DNA of 64,000 nt from Octopus sinensis. Its lineage: Eukaryota. The stretch covers positions 7,377,360 to 7,441,359 of the forward strand of contig NC_043019.1 of the NCBI RefSeq assembly GCF_006345805.1. The letters are read 5' to 3'. Below, in pieces: positions 25,661 to 39,895 of the stretch. A model generated the notes under the pieces. The model made no database searches. It saw only the letters and a list, made by a program, of their open reading frames with translations, and was not told where the DNA came from. Position 1 is the first letter of the stretch. Every line of letters begins with the position of its first letter. Made by a program: the position numbers and the translations under genes.

Positions 25661-25992
25661 TATATATATATGAGTAGTTTTAATGTGACGTTTTTCAGAT
25701 AGATAATATTTCAAAAGAAAATGCGTTTAATTACGGCTGAATTGATACATCTATAAATAGAATGGAAAGTAGGGTAAATGAAGATGAAAAGAAGACAAAC
25801 ACAACCAAAATGTAAAAAAAGGGAAATCGAGACAAAACCACATTTTTCCTGGGCACGAACTTCAATGTAATTAGAAAATAATGTTTAGGGTTATATATAA
25901 GTTAAATATATGTTTAAATACAAATGAAATTGCTTCTATGTTCCTATATATACACACATATATATTTGAATATAAATATATATATATATACA

Positions 25993-26023
<31 letters not shown>

Positions 26024-26048
26024 GCACATATATACGTACATATGTATG

Positions 26049-26087
<39 letters not shown>

Positions 26088-26111
26088 CTATGCACATATA
26101 TACGTCATATG

Positions 26112-26166
<55 letters not shown>

Positions 26167-26595
26167 GCACACATACATAAGTCTTTGCTTGTTTGTGGAT
26201 ATATGTTACATTTATATGAATGTACATACGTACATATACACGTGTATATATATGCATGTACATTATTGTGTGTGTGTGTGTGTGTGTGGGCGTGTTCATG
26301 CAGAAAAAGAGAAAAGCTGAGAGAAATGTAGCTGGGCGGATTTGCACTGATATGTTTCGGAATCTCTAATGATATTCAAAATTCTTCTTTTAATTCGATT
26401 TCACCACGTGATATTCAGTACAACGAAACTCTGTGTTTATTTGAAGAATGGATGAATATATTTTCCGATTTATCTCATTCATTTAGATTTTATTTTACTC
26501 TTAATATATATTTAGCAATTTTTATAAACAATTTACACGATGAAGCGCCCTTTGTCATCCTGAAATTTTCTGTTTCCAGCTATGCTAATATTTAT

Positions 26596-26651
<56 letters not shown>

Positions 26652-26767
26652 TGTGTGTGTGTGTACATTTACGAGTGTAACAATGCATGCGTATGCACAA
26701 GTCTGTGCTTATATATATATATATATATATATATACCTACACATTCAGATATACATACATAATATAA

Positions 26768-26810
<43 letters not shown>

Positions 26811-26967
26811 TTTGTGAGTGTATAATATTTATATACATATATATTTATATATATATAAATATATATACTCATACATACTATTTATGTATATATATATATG
26901 TATATAATATATAAATATATATACTCATACATATTTATGTATATACATATATATATACATGTATATA

Positions 26968-27575
26968 TCTTTACTCTTTTACTTGTTTCAGTCATTTTGA
27001 CTGCGGCCATGCTGGAGCACCGTCTTTAATCGAGCAACTCGACCCCGGGACTTATTCTTTGTAAGACCAGTATTATTCTATCGGTCTCTTTTGCCGAACC
27101 ACTAGGTGACGGGGACATAAACACACCAGCATCAGTTGTCAAGCAATGCTAGGGGGACAAACACAGACACACAAACACACACATATATATATATACATAT
27201 ATATACATATATATATATATATGTATATATATATACATATATATACATATACATACATATATATATATATACATATACATACATATATATATATACATAT
27301 ATATACATACAAATACATATATATATACATACATATACATATATATACATACATATACATATATATATACATACAAATACATATACATACATATATACAT
27401 ACACATACATATATACATACACATACATATATACATACACATACATATATACATACACATACATATATACATACATATACATATATACATACATATACAT
27501 ATATACACATATATACATATATATACATATATACACATATATACATATATACACATACATATATATATATGCATT
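26968..27575 (-). mobile_element. SINE family A 3' half whose internal microsatellite has expanded to about 400 bp
   Basis: Well-conserved SINE 26968-27180 continues directly into (TA/CA/TACA) arrays. Confidence 0.9.
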
Positions 27576-28341
27576 TATGAATATATGTTTGTATTAAATT
27601 TACGTGTGTCTGTGATGAATAGTTGCGTACTTGTGCATGCTTAGTTTAGCATCTACATCTGCTGAAGATAGCGAACCAAAGACAAAACTAACAACATGAC
27701 TTCTTGTACGAAGCAACAAACAAACTTCGTACCCAAACCCCGAACGCTACACAATATTTTCTCCTGTCGACTGCAATAAAACTTTCAACTAACAATCTAC
27801 AAACTTATGATTTTTTCTCAATAACTGAATATTAACTACTTGAAAAACCTCGCACATCATTTATCATAGATAATGGCAAATAAATAGCATTGTTCTGCTT
27901 GGTTGATTTTAATGAAGTTATGGAGTGTATCAATATCAGAATCTCTAATCCATCATAGATGTGTGTGGGTGTGTCATATACTTTTTTTTTTCTTACGTTG
28001 TTTTTATATTATATTATAGTTTTTCTTTTCGTGTTGCCTTTGTTGTTTTTCCAGATTGTTTTGTTTTTTTCCAATCTGTTTTTGTTTATCATTTTGTTTT
28101 TGTTTTTTTCCTTTTTTGTATTTCATCTATGGTTTTGGTTTTCTGCTATTCTTATTTTTGTAGAGTTTGGTATGGTGGGGTGTTATAGATTGTCATTGAA
28201 GTTTCAAACATTTGCTTGTGTCTGTTCTATGTATATACACAAGTTTGTGTATGTATGTATGTATATACATATATATGCACATATATATTTATATATATAT
28301 ATATGTGTGTGTGTTTGTACATACATAGACACACACACACA

Positions 28342-29110
28342 CATGCAATGCATCCCGGTGTTGCCCGGGTGTTATGACATACAGTCACGTTGTAATATTT
28401 GTTTCTTTCTTATGGGCAGAATCGGCCCACGAGGAGTGTGAAGCAAACAACTCTTCTGTAGTCATTTTGTGAAGAACAAACACTGAAATTGTTGACATCA
28501 AAAACATAAAATGACAGCTTAGATTAGAAGGAAATCCTAATATTGTCCCCAGAATTCCTTAGACTTTCGGATTAAAAGAATTGGATGACGTATGTGGACG
28601 TAGAGGTATCCGTATTACAGAAAGTAAGGTACATGGAAAGAAAGCCTTCTTCATTGTGAAAAGCATCATCTCTAATGTTTGGGCAGACTGCACACTTCAA
28701 TATATGTTAACTGAAGCCGTCAATGCTTCTGGGTCAACTATGATTTGCGTAACCCTAGAGAGAATGCGACATATAGTTGTCCATGAGAAAAGCAGAGCAT
28801 TTGTAAATTGAGACCCGAAATTTTAAAGTTTGTTGATTGCCATAGCGAAGCACAATCGCACTGGGAATTGGAGGCGCTTAAATTAAAATGACTCATTTGA
28901 GGAGGAAAGGGGCATCCGTGGGTGGAATGTATGCGATCTGTTCTCGATGACAGCTGGTAATAATGGTTGCTTGGGGAACAGGAATTGTCGTTGTAGTTAT
29001 AGTCCATCTTGTAGCTTTGTTTAGTGAGGTGGGTTGATATTCCTCTAGACCATGATAGGTGCAACTTTATTTAGGAATAACTTATGTTGTGGCAGTCCTG
29101 TGGGTTGTAG
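28342..29110 (-). pseudogene. Helitron Rep/Hel 3' relic: PIF1-type helicase C-terminus plus terminal hairpin
   Basis: Joining minus frames gives GLPQHKLFLNKVAPIMV*RNINPP ... HPRMPLSSSNESF*FKRLQFPVRLCFAMAINK / KISGLNLQMLCFSHGQLYVAFS / RVT, the diagnostic Helitron/PIF1 motifs with stops and frameshifts. Hairpin CCCGG-tgttgc-CCGGG lies at 28354-28369. Confidence 0.88.
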
Positions 29111-29597
29111 AGAGTTGAGAAATACGACAGGATACTCAACAGAGAGATAGTGAGTGAGTGAGTGAAGGTGTGTGGCGTGATGCTGGATGTCTTTTGAGGT
29201 AAACACTCATAGAGAAAATGTGACATCGTCGTCGTCGTATCGTATAAACTGTTTACGATAGTTGACTTATGGAAAATATTATAATTTTAGATTATTGTAA
29301 TACAAATATGTCAATGAAAGTAAAGTCTAGTTAGTAGCAGAAGTAGTGCTGAATCTTTTGATATCCTATACGTCACAATTGGCAACTCGGTTTTGGAAAG
29401 CATAAGGAACATAAACACACACACACACACACGAACTCTTTTATAGATATACAGAGAGAGAGAGAGAGAACATTCTGCAATTAGCAGCTAGTACTGATGT
29501 CCCGAAACAGTTGTAGAGATTTCTAATGAAAACATGTTCATTTCATTTTGTAGTATTAAAGTTCATTTATTTATAACTATCTCTCGATCAAGTTTGG

Positions 29598-29632
<35 letters not shown>

Positions 29633-29739
29633 ATAGGTAGATAGATAGAGTAATGCAAGATTAAATACAAACACACAAAGAATCACTCGTGATTGTTTGG
29701 ATTGGTCTATGTTGCACGTTAGAATATGTATGTATGTAT

Positions 29740-29788
<49 letters not shown>

Positions 29789-31784
29789 ATATATATTATA
29801 TATATATATACCGGCCAAGATATATATACAAGCAACATCCAGCAATGCACTTCACATCGATTCGATATTTGAACCAAAAAGTGAAATTATTCTTCCGCAT
29901 TGTGAATTAACCAATTTTTATTTTGTAGTAAATACCGGAGCTATGAACGAGAGGAAAATGTGTGTGCGTGTGTTTGCGAATTTGTTTTTATGTTTATTAT
30001 AATAAAATCAATTTTACATTAACCTGACGGGTTACTTTCCACTTTTGTAGAGTTCGGCGCTACTATTGAATGTAAATACTATTGACAGTGACTTCGAATT
30101 TTCGATCAGATAAAACACCGTGTGTGCTAGTATACAAACACGTACACCGGTAACCACAGACGTCTAGATAGATAGATAGATAGATAGATACATACATACA
30201 TACATACATACATACATAGACAAACAGATACATACATATATAGACATATACATACATACATAAATAGAGAGATACATACATACATACATACATACATAGA
30301 TACGTGTGTATGAGTTTGTGTGCTTGTGTGCGTGTTTGTATGTCTTTATGTAGGTGCGTACCTATGTATGTATTTCTGAAAGTATAACGGATTACGTTTG
30401 TTGCATACTTAATTGCAAAGGTCTAACCTACATTTCTTTCAAGCAGCGGAATGTCTCCTCTGAAGAATCGCTCAAAACGCTGCAAGACTCTCAGTCTTTG
30501 GTTCCTTCTGCCAAATCTTTTCTTCCTTCTTATCATTAACAGTTTTTTTTTATTGATCTTGTTATGACCATAACAGCGGCAAAACTCACAGGTTTTGCTT
30601 CTTTGAAGCAGTAAATCCCACGGGAATGTCTAAAACTTTTTTTCTACTGACGCTGCTGTCACAAGTGAAGCGGCAAAGCCCAGAGGAATATCCGAAAAGT
30701 GTTTCTACCGATTATTCCAACGATCAGTTTTCTTATTCTCAATTGTCGAAATATAATAGCTTGGTGGTTATCGCATTTAGCCAACATACCATATATTATC
30801 GGCTCAATTCTATTTCATTGCTGTAGATTTTTACTGTATTTTTGGACAGTGCTCAGCAAAATAGAAATAGCTGCACGAGGACATGCACTGCATTCACCAT
30901 TTGTTGGTGATTCCTTACTACTCCTGGCGGATGACACGTTTGCACAGCGTAGGCGAAAATGACCCCAACCCACGGGTCTGTTTGTGTAGTCGTTTCTGGT
31001 GAATTTTGAGAGGTCGGAGTGAAAATCCCACCTCAACCTCTTTTAATCGTCCTTTACGACATGCAGAAGAAATGATAGATCTATTCTTCAAAATATTGGT
31101 CACCATACAGCACTAGAGCAAAGTGAGATGAAGTGTTCTGCTGAAGAAGGATACACTAGACCCCGTCCCGGAATCGAACCTACAATCTAGCAATTCTGAG
31201 TGCAACAACTTACCCACGAGGCCATGTGCCTTTACCAGGATATCTGTTTCTACATGTGTGACTCATACTCATGTAGTTTTCGGCTTAATCTTACTGTGAG
31301 GCGATTTGGGAGTCTTTCTTTTTGTTCTTTTTCTTATATGACCATCAAGTCGATCATTTACTTGTGACTGAACAATGGAAAGATAGATTCTGTAAAGATC
31401 TTTATTGGAGAGATAATTCTTATTCTTGTTTGTTGATTTAATCATATTCTTCTTTAGCACCGACATCCGATCGAAATATGCCCTACGCTAAGCATATTTG
31501 GTTGCATTCATTAAGGCCAATGTTTAACTTCCTATCTTCCGCATATACTTTGAGAAGGACCTCAAGAAATTTCACGGTTGCTGGTGTAACTCTTCTCTCT
31601 AAAAGGTTTTTAAAACTTCTGATCTACTCCGAGTACACTGTGTAACATGATCTATGTCTTTGAGAAACAACTGTTATTTCTTAATTCTTTATCCATAGAG
31701 AGTATGAAAAATGGCTAATATTTCCTTCAGACTTTCTTTTTGTTACATTTATTCAAATCCCAAAGAACCCATCTCATGGCTATT

Positions 31785-32023
31785 GTTATTTCTTTTTCTT
31801 TACTACCCACAAGGGGCTACACACATACAGGACAAACAAGGACAGACAAACGGATTAAGTCGATTATATCGACCCCAGTGCGTAACTGGTGCTTATTTAA
31901 TCGACCCCGAAAGGATGAAAGGCAAACTCGACCTCGGCGGAATTTGAACTTAGAACGTAGCAGCAGACGAAATGCTGCAAAGCATTTCGCCCGGCGTGCT
32001 ACCGATTCTGCCAGCTCGCCGCC
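31785..32023 (-). mobile_element. SINE family C monomer with 13-bp target-site duplication
   Basis: TCTCATGGCTATT at 31772-31784 and 32024-32036 flanks a full head-to-tail copy. Confidence 0.92.
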
Positions 32024-32455
32024 TCTCATGGCTATTCTGCTCCCCGACTACACTTGCACATGATCAGAGGTGCACATATTGATACGAGTGAAATAGAGAA
32101 TTATAAGTATATATACACATGCAATGACTGTGTGCTACACAAATATATTGTAGTAATAAATGAAATTAACATAATCTTTTACTCTTTTATATTATTACTT
32201 GTATATATTTGTGTAGCCGACAGTCTTTGCTTGAGTATGCATTCTAATAATACTCCCTTTTTTTGGTGGGGGGGGGGATAAGTAGACATAATAGAATGTC
32301 TACCGGCCGATGTAGGATTTTTTTGTAACCCCGCCATTTTCTTTTTGCCGTATAAATTAAGGGGAAACAACTTTTTACCCCTACCTATATATGACACTCG
32401 ATTGCGAAATTGGCACGCAATAACCAGCACTTGGGTGTGTGTATATATATATACA

Positions 32456-32833
32456 CTCTTTACTCTTTTACTTGTTTCATCCATTTGAGAGCGGCCATGC
32501 TGGAGCACAGCCTTTAGTCGAGCAAATCGATCCCAGAACTTATTCTTTGTAAGCCTAGTACTTATTCTATCGTTCCCTTTTGCCGAACCGCCAAATTACG
32601 GGGGCGTAGACGCAACAGCATCGGTTGTCAAGCGGCGTTGAGGGGACAAACACAGACCAACAAACACACACGCACATATATATACATATACATATATAGG
32701 ATGGGATTCTTTCAGTTTCCGTCTATCGAATCCACTCACAAGGTTTGGTCGGCCCAAGGCTATAGTAGCAGACACTTGCCCAGGGTGCCACGCCGTGGGA
32801 CTGAACCCGTAAGTAAGCTACTTACCACACAGC
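32456..32833 (-). mobile_element. SINE family A, near full length
   Basis: Tail, body, internal TA run and head (small deletion) all recognisable. Confidence 0.9.
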
Positions 32834-33584
32834 AATTGTGTATTACCTGAAGAAATACAACAGGATCCCATAATACAGGTAAACAGTTGCACAATCAGAT
32901 TCCTGTGTATATGAAGATAGGTGTTGTATGGAATCATGTTAATCAGTGATTAAGAAATAACCGTCTCCTTCTCGTTGACTCTATATTATTCAATGATATA
33001 TAGAAATATATATATGTGTGTGTGGGTGTCTGTGATTACATACACACACACACATACATATATGCATTCATACAATCACAAAGAAAGAACACACACACAC
33101 TTATGTTATAAGTGGCGTTGATGACCTCAAACGTTGCACCTGTACAAAAATAACTAATTCTGATTTACAGCAACTTCATAATACATAAAAGCTTTCAAAA
33201 TTCTCTACTACCTGTTACCTCTCTCTATCTCCTCTCTCTCTCTCTCTCCTCTCTCTCTCTGTCTTTCTGTCTGTCTGCTTGTCTGTGGTGTTTCTATTTG
33301 CAATGTGTTGCTTTAAAAAAATTGTTTTTGCAATATTTCTAATAACTTACATTCACAATTGGCTGTCCATTATTCAGTCATCGAGTTTGATGTTAAAGAA
33401 ATTTCCTCAATAATAATAAGTAAATGCTAACAATTTTCACTCTATAGAAATTCCAATTTTGAAAATTCTACACAGAAAAGAAAAAAAAAAGAAAAAGAAA
33501 TTATAAGTAAATGAATACGCACACACACACATACATACATGCATACAAACATATATATATATTTCATATATATATATATATATA

Positions 33585-33860
33585 TACATATATATGCATA
33601 CGTTTATATATATACATATATATGCATACGTTTATATATATACATATATATGCATACGTTTATATATATACATATATATGCATACGTTTATATATATACA
33701 TATATATGCATACGTTTATATATATACATATATATGCATACGTTTATATATATACATATATATGCATACGTTTATATATATATATACATATATATGCATA
33801 CGTTTATATATATACATATTTATACATACGTATATATATATACATATTTATACATACGTA
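33585..33860. repeat. 26-bp minisatellite (CATATATATGCATACGTTTATATATA) about 8-10 copies
   Basis: Directly visible periodicity; yields repeating ORFs such as [16 protein letters not shown]. Confidence 0.92.
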
Positions 33861-33975
33861 TATACATATATATATATAATATATATATGCATGTATAAAT
33901 GTGTGCATATAAGTGCATATGTATATATACATATATATTATCTATATATGCATATATATATATATTATCTATATA

Positions 33976-34024
<49 letters not shown>

Positions 34025-34699
34025 CGTGTATGTGTTTTATTTGTGCTTGTGTGTTTGTGTCTGTTTATGCGATTATGGAGCTATACACAAAAACATTGTA
34101 CATGAAAGACGTTAGACATACGTTAATTGTAAATGTGTTTGTGTGTAAGTTTGTGTGTTTTGCGCGCACGCCTCTGTGTGTGTATAGAGGAATACATAAT
34201 TTAGTCAGTCAAGCAAACACCGAGCTACACCTTGCCACATCCACTCAGACCACAACAGACTTAGAAACACACACACAAACACAGAGGCTGTCACAGACAC
34301 ATACACACATATATATCTATATACATACATGAATATATATACATACATGAATATATATACATGCATGTATATATATACATATATATATGTATATATATAT
34401 ATATTGCGAACGATTAGAAGAATTTACAAATAGCCATTAATTTTAAATAATGTCTGTATTTACCATTTTATGTAGACAAAAATACACAAACGGTCAAGTG
34501 TGTGAGTATAGCGACAACCATGCACACATTCATATATGTGCTTACCTCACTCTCTCTCTCTCTATATATACATATATATATTTATATATAAATGTATTTA
34601 TATATATATATATTTATTGATATTTGATTGAGACAGCTTACCTGTGTGAATACGCAAACACACACGTATATCAATACATGTATGTATATCTATATACGT

Positions 34700-35460
34700 G
34701 TGTGTAAACAAGCATTCATACATATATATATATATATGTATATACATATATATATACATATATATACATACATGTATACATACATATATATATACCCATA
34801 TACATACATATATATATATACATACATACATACATATATATATATACCCATATACATACATATATATACATATATATATACATACATATATGTATATACA
34901 TACATACATATGTATATACATATGTATATACATACATACATACATACATACATACGTATATACATACATACAGATGTATATACGTATATACATACATACA
35001 TATGTATATACATACATACATACATACATACATACGTATATACATACATACGTATATACATACATACGTATGTATATACATACATACATACATACATACG
35101 TATATACATACATACATACGTATATACATACATACATACGTATATACATACATACATACGTATATACATACATACATACGTATATACATACATACATACG
35201 TATATACATACATACATACGTACATACATACATATATATGTATATACATATATGCATATATATGTATATATGTATATGCATATATGTATATACTTATATG
35301 CATATATGTATATACATATATGCATATATATGTATATACATATATGCATATATATGCATATATATGTATATGCATATATATGTATATGCATATATATGCA
35401 TATATATGTATATGCATATATATGTATATGCATATATACATACATATATATATATTGTAT
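34700..35460. repeat. Compound TACA/TA/TATG microsatellite array, about 750 bp
   Basis: Directly visible; source of the 227-303 aa spurious ORFs. Confidence 0.95.
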
Positions 35461-35858
35461 TCATTTATGTGTCTCTTAGTATTTCAGGACGAGAGAGAAA
35501 GACAAGGTATATAGAGAGGAAGAGAGAATGCATGTGTGTTTGTTTCCTTGTGGTTGTGCGTTTGCGTATATGTATGTCTGTGTGTGTGTGTGTGTGTGTT
35601 TGTGTGTGAGAGAGAGAAAGAAAGTGGGGTAGAGAGAGGGAGGGAGGGGGCTCACATATGCATCAAGAATGCTTTTGTAATTGCGTTACTTTGATATCGC
35701 CTCTCTTCTTATAACTTTATACATTTTTATGCTTTTACTTACCGTGATGGCGGTCTCGCTCTTGTTATTTCACGTTTCGAGCAGAATACTTCGTCTCAGA
35801 CGAGCCAATCACCAATACTCTCTTTGTCACTCTTCCCCACTCTCTCTCACTCTTTCTG

Positions 35859-35909
<51 letters not shown>

Positions 35910-36036
35910 ATATATCCTGGTCACGGCAGCGCAGTATAATTTTATAAATGGCGGTGCCCCCAGCATGGCCACAGCTTGTGAGCTGAAACTACATAAGATG
36001 AAAAAAAAAATATATATATACACACACGTATACATA

Positions 36037-36430
36037 GCGTAGGAGTGGCTGTGTGGTAAGTAGCCTGCTTACGAACCACATTGTTCCGGGTTCAGTCCTA
36101 CTGCGTGGCACCTTGGACAAGTGCCTTCTACTATAGGCTCGGGCCGACCAAAGCCTTGTGAGTGGTTTTGGTAGACGGAAACTGTAAGAAGACCGTCGTA
36201 TACATATATATGTGTACATGTTTGTGTGTCTGTGTTTGTCCCCCCCCCAACATCGCTTGACAACCGATGCTGGTGTGCTTACGTCTCTATAACTTAGCAG
36301 TTCGGCAAAAAAGACCGATAGAATAACTATTAGGCTTAAAAGAATGTCCTGGGGTCGATTTGCCCGACTAAAGGCGGTGCTCCAGCATGGCCACAGTCAA
36401 ATGACTGAACGAAGTAAAAAAATAAAAGAG
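36037..36430 (+). mobile_element. tRNA-derived SINE family A, full length
   Basis: Head GCGTAGGAGTGGCTGTGTGGTAAGTAGC...CCGGGTTCAGTCC, body GTGAGTGGTTTTGGTAGACGGAAACTG, tail AAGGCGGTGCTCCAGCATGGCCACAGTCAAATGACTGAA plus A-rich end. Confidence 0.93.
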
Positions 36431-36454
36431 ATATATATGCATATATATGTATAT

Positions 36455-36760
36455 GTATCCAGCAGCTACTCTCTTCAACCAGGTCAGCACCACTTTCTCT
36501 AGGCACTTGAGGTAAGCCTCCATGTTGAGCCTGAAGCCATGTGGGAAGATGTATAGAGGCATATCTTCGCCATCATTTATCATTACTCCAAAAGCCATGA
36601 TGTTGACTGGATGTTTGATTTCTATCACTCTCGGTTTATGTTTTTGGGACACGGCAAGCCAACGGTTGTTTCGTGTGTTCAACATTTGTTCATATTGGAA
36701 CTTCCAACACAAATCTCAAGCACTACAGTACGTTGTTCCCAAATTTCTGGCAGAGCGAGT
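36455..36760 (-). pseudogene. Tc1/mariner-superfamily (mariner/maT-like) transposase fragment
   Basis: QMLNTRNNRWLAVSQKHKPRVIEIKHPVNIMAFGVMINDGEDMPLYIFPHGFRLNMEAYLKCLEKVVLTWLKRVAAG matches the segment between the first two catalytic Asp residues of mariner-type transposases. Confidence 0.8.
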
Positions 36761-37226
36761 TGCGTCATAGTGCTGTTTTCTCACTGCCGGTGCCCAGCTG
36801 ACCCTACTATATAGTGAGGTCGAAAGAAAAAGAAAAAAAAAACCAATGCGCATGTTCGAAATTAAAATATGAAATGATAACAAATTACCAAAGGCACGCT
36901 GTAAATGTTTCTGTGTGTATATATAAGGAAATGCTAACGTTGTTTTGAGAATGAGGCCAAACACCTAATCGTTAGCCAACGAGTACCCTCTGTGTTTGAG
37001 TGTATGCAGCTGAAATGTATCCGGAAAGCCTGAACTTTACATATATACACTTTAATTATGAAAAGACTGTAAAATTGTAAGAAATTGCTTGTGGAATACT
37101 CCACGCAGATACACAGACTCACATATACACAGATGTATACAGACACACACAAGCATTTGGATAGAAACATACTCACCATCCCCGCTCACGCACACATATA
37201 TATATACATATATATATATATATTTG

Positions 37227-37258
<32 letters not shown>

Positions 37259-38619
37259 GTTAGATAGATACGTTGACACATATATCAATATAAACATATG
37301 CATACATATATATTTGTATAAATACATTTATATGCATATATAAATACATATATATATTATACATATATGCATACACATATATTATATATATATGAATATA
37401 TGTCTATGTGAGTGTGTATTTATATATATTTATATACACAGACCCACATACATATATATCCAATAATATACGTGTGTTTACGTGTGACATTTTGCCTCCA
37501 GTCAATGAACTTCTGCACTAAATGATCTCGGGTTTTAAATTCTCCTCCAATACATTCAAGTGTAACAACACAGCCATGTGTGCGTACATTAAAGTATTTT
37601 ATGTGGATCTCTTCCTCCGTTCCTAAGTATAGCATCCTCTACGAATTTCAGCCGGAAGCAGAGCGACACCAAATTTAAAATGGCGTCCACGATTCACTGA
37701 ACTATGTTGCATAAACTTCTCATTATCACGAAAAGTAGAATATTTGTAACTCCAAAATACAAGCGTCTATACATACGTATATGTACGACTGCATGTAGCA
37801 CAATATATATATATGAATGCATGTGCACGTCTATTCAAGCAAACGACTTCATGCATAGATGAATGTATATATAGATAGATATTAGTCGCTTGTTTGTATT
37901 GATCGGTATATATATTTATAGACATATATATTCGTAACTATATATAAAATTATGCCTGTAAGTGGGTGTTTAATTAAATAGAAGAGTACGCCATCACACA
38001 TAATCCTGAAGGTAATTGCTTTTACCAAAAACACGGCACATTACCATTTGCGTACATATACATATATATACATATGTATATGTATGTATATATCAGTGGG
38101 TATGCTTGTTTACATACATGTACGTATGCTCCTTATGTATGAGTATGCTTAGACATGTTTGTGTATGCATGAGTGGTTATAGTAGCACCATGCATATGAG
38201 GCGCAAACGTCAAAAATAGAAGAAGATTGGATTAGAATACTAGCTTCAACAACTACTAGTACCACTACTACTACTAATAATAATAATAATGATGATGGTT
38301 GTATTTTTTTATTAATTTTGTTACGTATTTGTTGTAGTCATTGTCTGTTGTTTTGGGGTTTTTGTTTGTTTTGCTTTCTTGTTTGCGTTTTTTTTTTTGT
38401 CGTTAGTGTTAGATTTTAGTGTCCCCATTATTCTCATAGCATTATTATTATTATTAAGGTAATAAGTTTATATATTAAGTGTTTTAGGGAAGAGAAGGAA
38501 AGGCTTCTTTGATAATATTAATCTGAAAAATAACAAAATAATAATAATAACAATAACGTCATTAACAACAATAACGATAGCAATAATAAAAATAACAATA
38601 ATAATGATAGTAATAATGA

Positions 38620-38664
<45 letters not shown>

Positions 38665-39191
38665 TGTGAGTTCATAGTAAAACCAGCGAACAAATTTGTA
38701 TCATTTTTTCGTTTCGGTTGGAAGCCATTAACGAATCTAATTTGGAGCGAACTGCTTCTAGCATAGAACACTATCGGTTCATACAGCATGTAATGGTTAT
38801 AATGAATTCGAGCTCAACGATGTTGGTGATGATTATTGTGGTGATGATGGTGGGGATTATGATGATGGTGAAGGTGATGATAGTGTTGATTATGATACTG
38901 ATGATGACGATGCTCCGTTGGAGATGTTAAAAAATGATGGTGTCATTAATAATGATAATAATAATGGTTTCAAATATTTGCATAACGGCAGCCATTTTGG
39001 AGGAGGTGATGTGCTGATTACATCGACCCCAGTGTTCAATAATGCAATACTAGGCACTGCACACACATCCTACGCTAAACACTTTCAATACAGTGAAAAT
39101 AAGAGCATCACAACAAACCACACCACATACCCCAAGGCACACAGAACTGCGCTCGGTAGTGAAGTGAAAGCACGTGATAAAAACAAGACTA

Positions 39192-39238
<47 letters not shown>

Positions 39239-39516
39239 TAGTAACAGTAGTAGTAGTAGTAGTAGTAATGCTGATGACAGAAACAGTCTGGCTGAGTTCT
39301 TTGGGACTTGACAAAGAGTACAAGCCCCTAGTAGACACAATATCTTCAATCAAGAACATCACGACATTTTATACTGTGCGACCTCTATAATAATAACACT
39401 AATATCCCTAAATATAATAATTTACATATCTCAGTTTCTATAAAAGAACTTTCTAATGAATTTTAATGTCTTACAAATGTTTCTGCTATAAAATGACCAC
39501 TATTTTCTTTTTAAAA

Positions 39517-39895
39517 GGCGTAGGTGTGACTGTGTGGTACGTAGCTTGCTTACCAACCACATGGTTCCGGTTTCAGTCCCACTGCGTGGCACCTTGGGCA
39601 AGTGTCTTCTACTATAGCCTCGGGCCGACCAAAGCCTTTTGAGTGGATTTGGTAAACGGAAACTGAAACAACCCGTGGTATATATGTATAAATATATATT
39701 TGTATGTGTGTGTCTGTATTTGTCCCCCCGACATCGCTTGACAACCGATGCTAGTGTGTCTACGTCGCCGTAACTTAGCAGTTCGGCAAAAGAGACCGAT
39801 AGAATAAGTACTAGGCTTACAAAGAATAAGTCCTGGGTTCGATTTGCTCGACTAAAGGTGGTGCTCCAGTATGGCCACAGCCAAATTACTGAAAT
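39517..39895 (+). mobile_element. SINE family A, full length
   Basis: Highly similar to 36037-36430. Confidence 0.93.

Noticed and set aside
30699-31106. Overlapping short ORFs in a moderately GC-rich unique block
   Set aside because: No frame gives a recognisable protein or a consistent splice pair.
34598-35609. Long ORFs of 170-303 aa (also those at 9686-10294, 27132-27597 and 33511-34332)
   Set aside because: They are translations of TACA/TA/CA microsatellites and minisatellites (Y/I/H/T/M/C/V only), open on both strands.
36037-36110. tRNA-like sequences at SINE heads (also 10975-11047, 6150-6210, 31160-31230)
   Set aside because: They lack a complete cloverleaf and continue into SINE bodies; they are not tRNA genes.
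38761-39199. About 145-codon acidic open frame (…DDYCGDDGGDYDDGEG…MLKNDG…)
   Set aside because: It derives from degenerate GAT/GGT/AAT repeats and includes a SINE scrap (GATTACATCGACCCCAGTG). There is no convincing splice context or recognisable domain.
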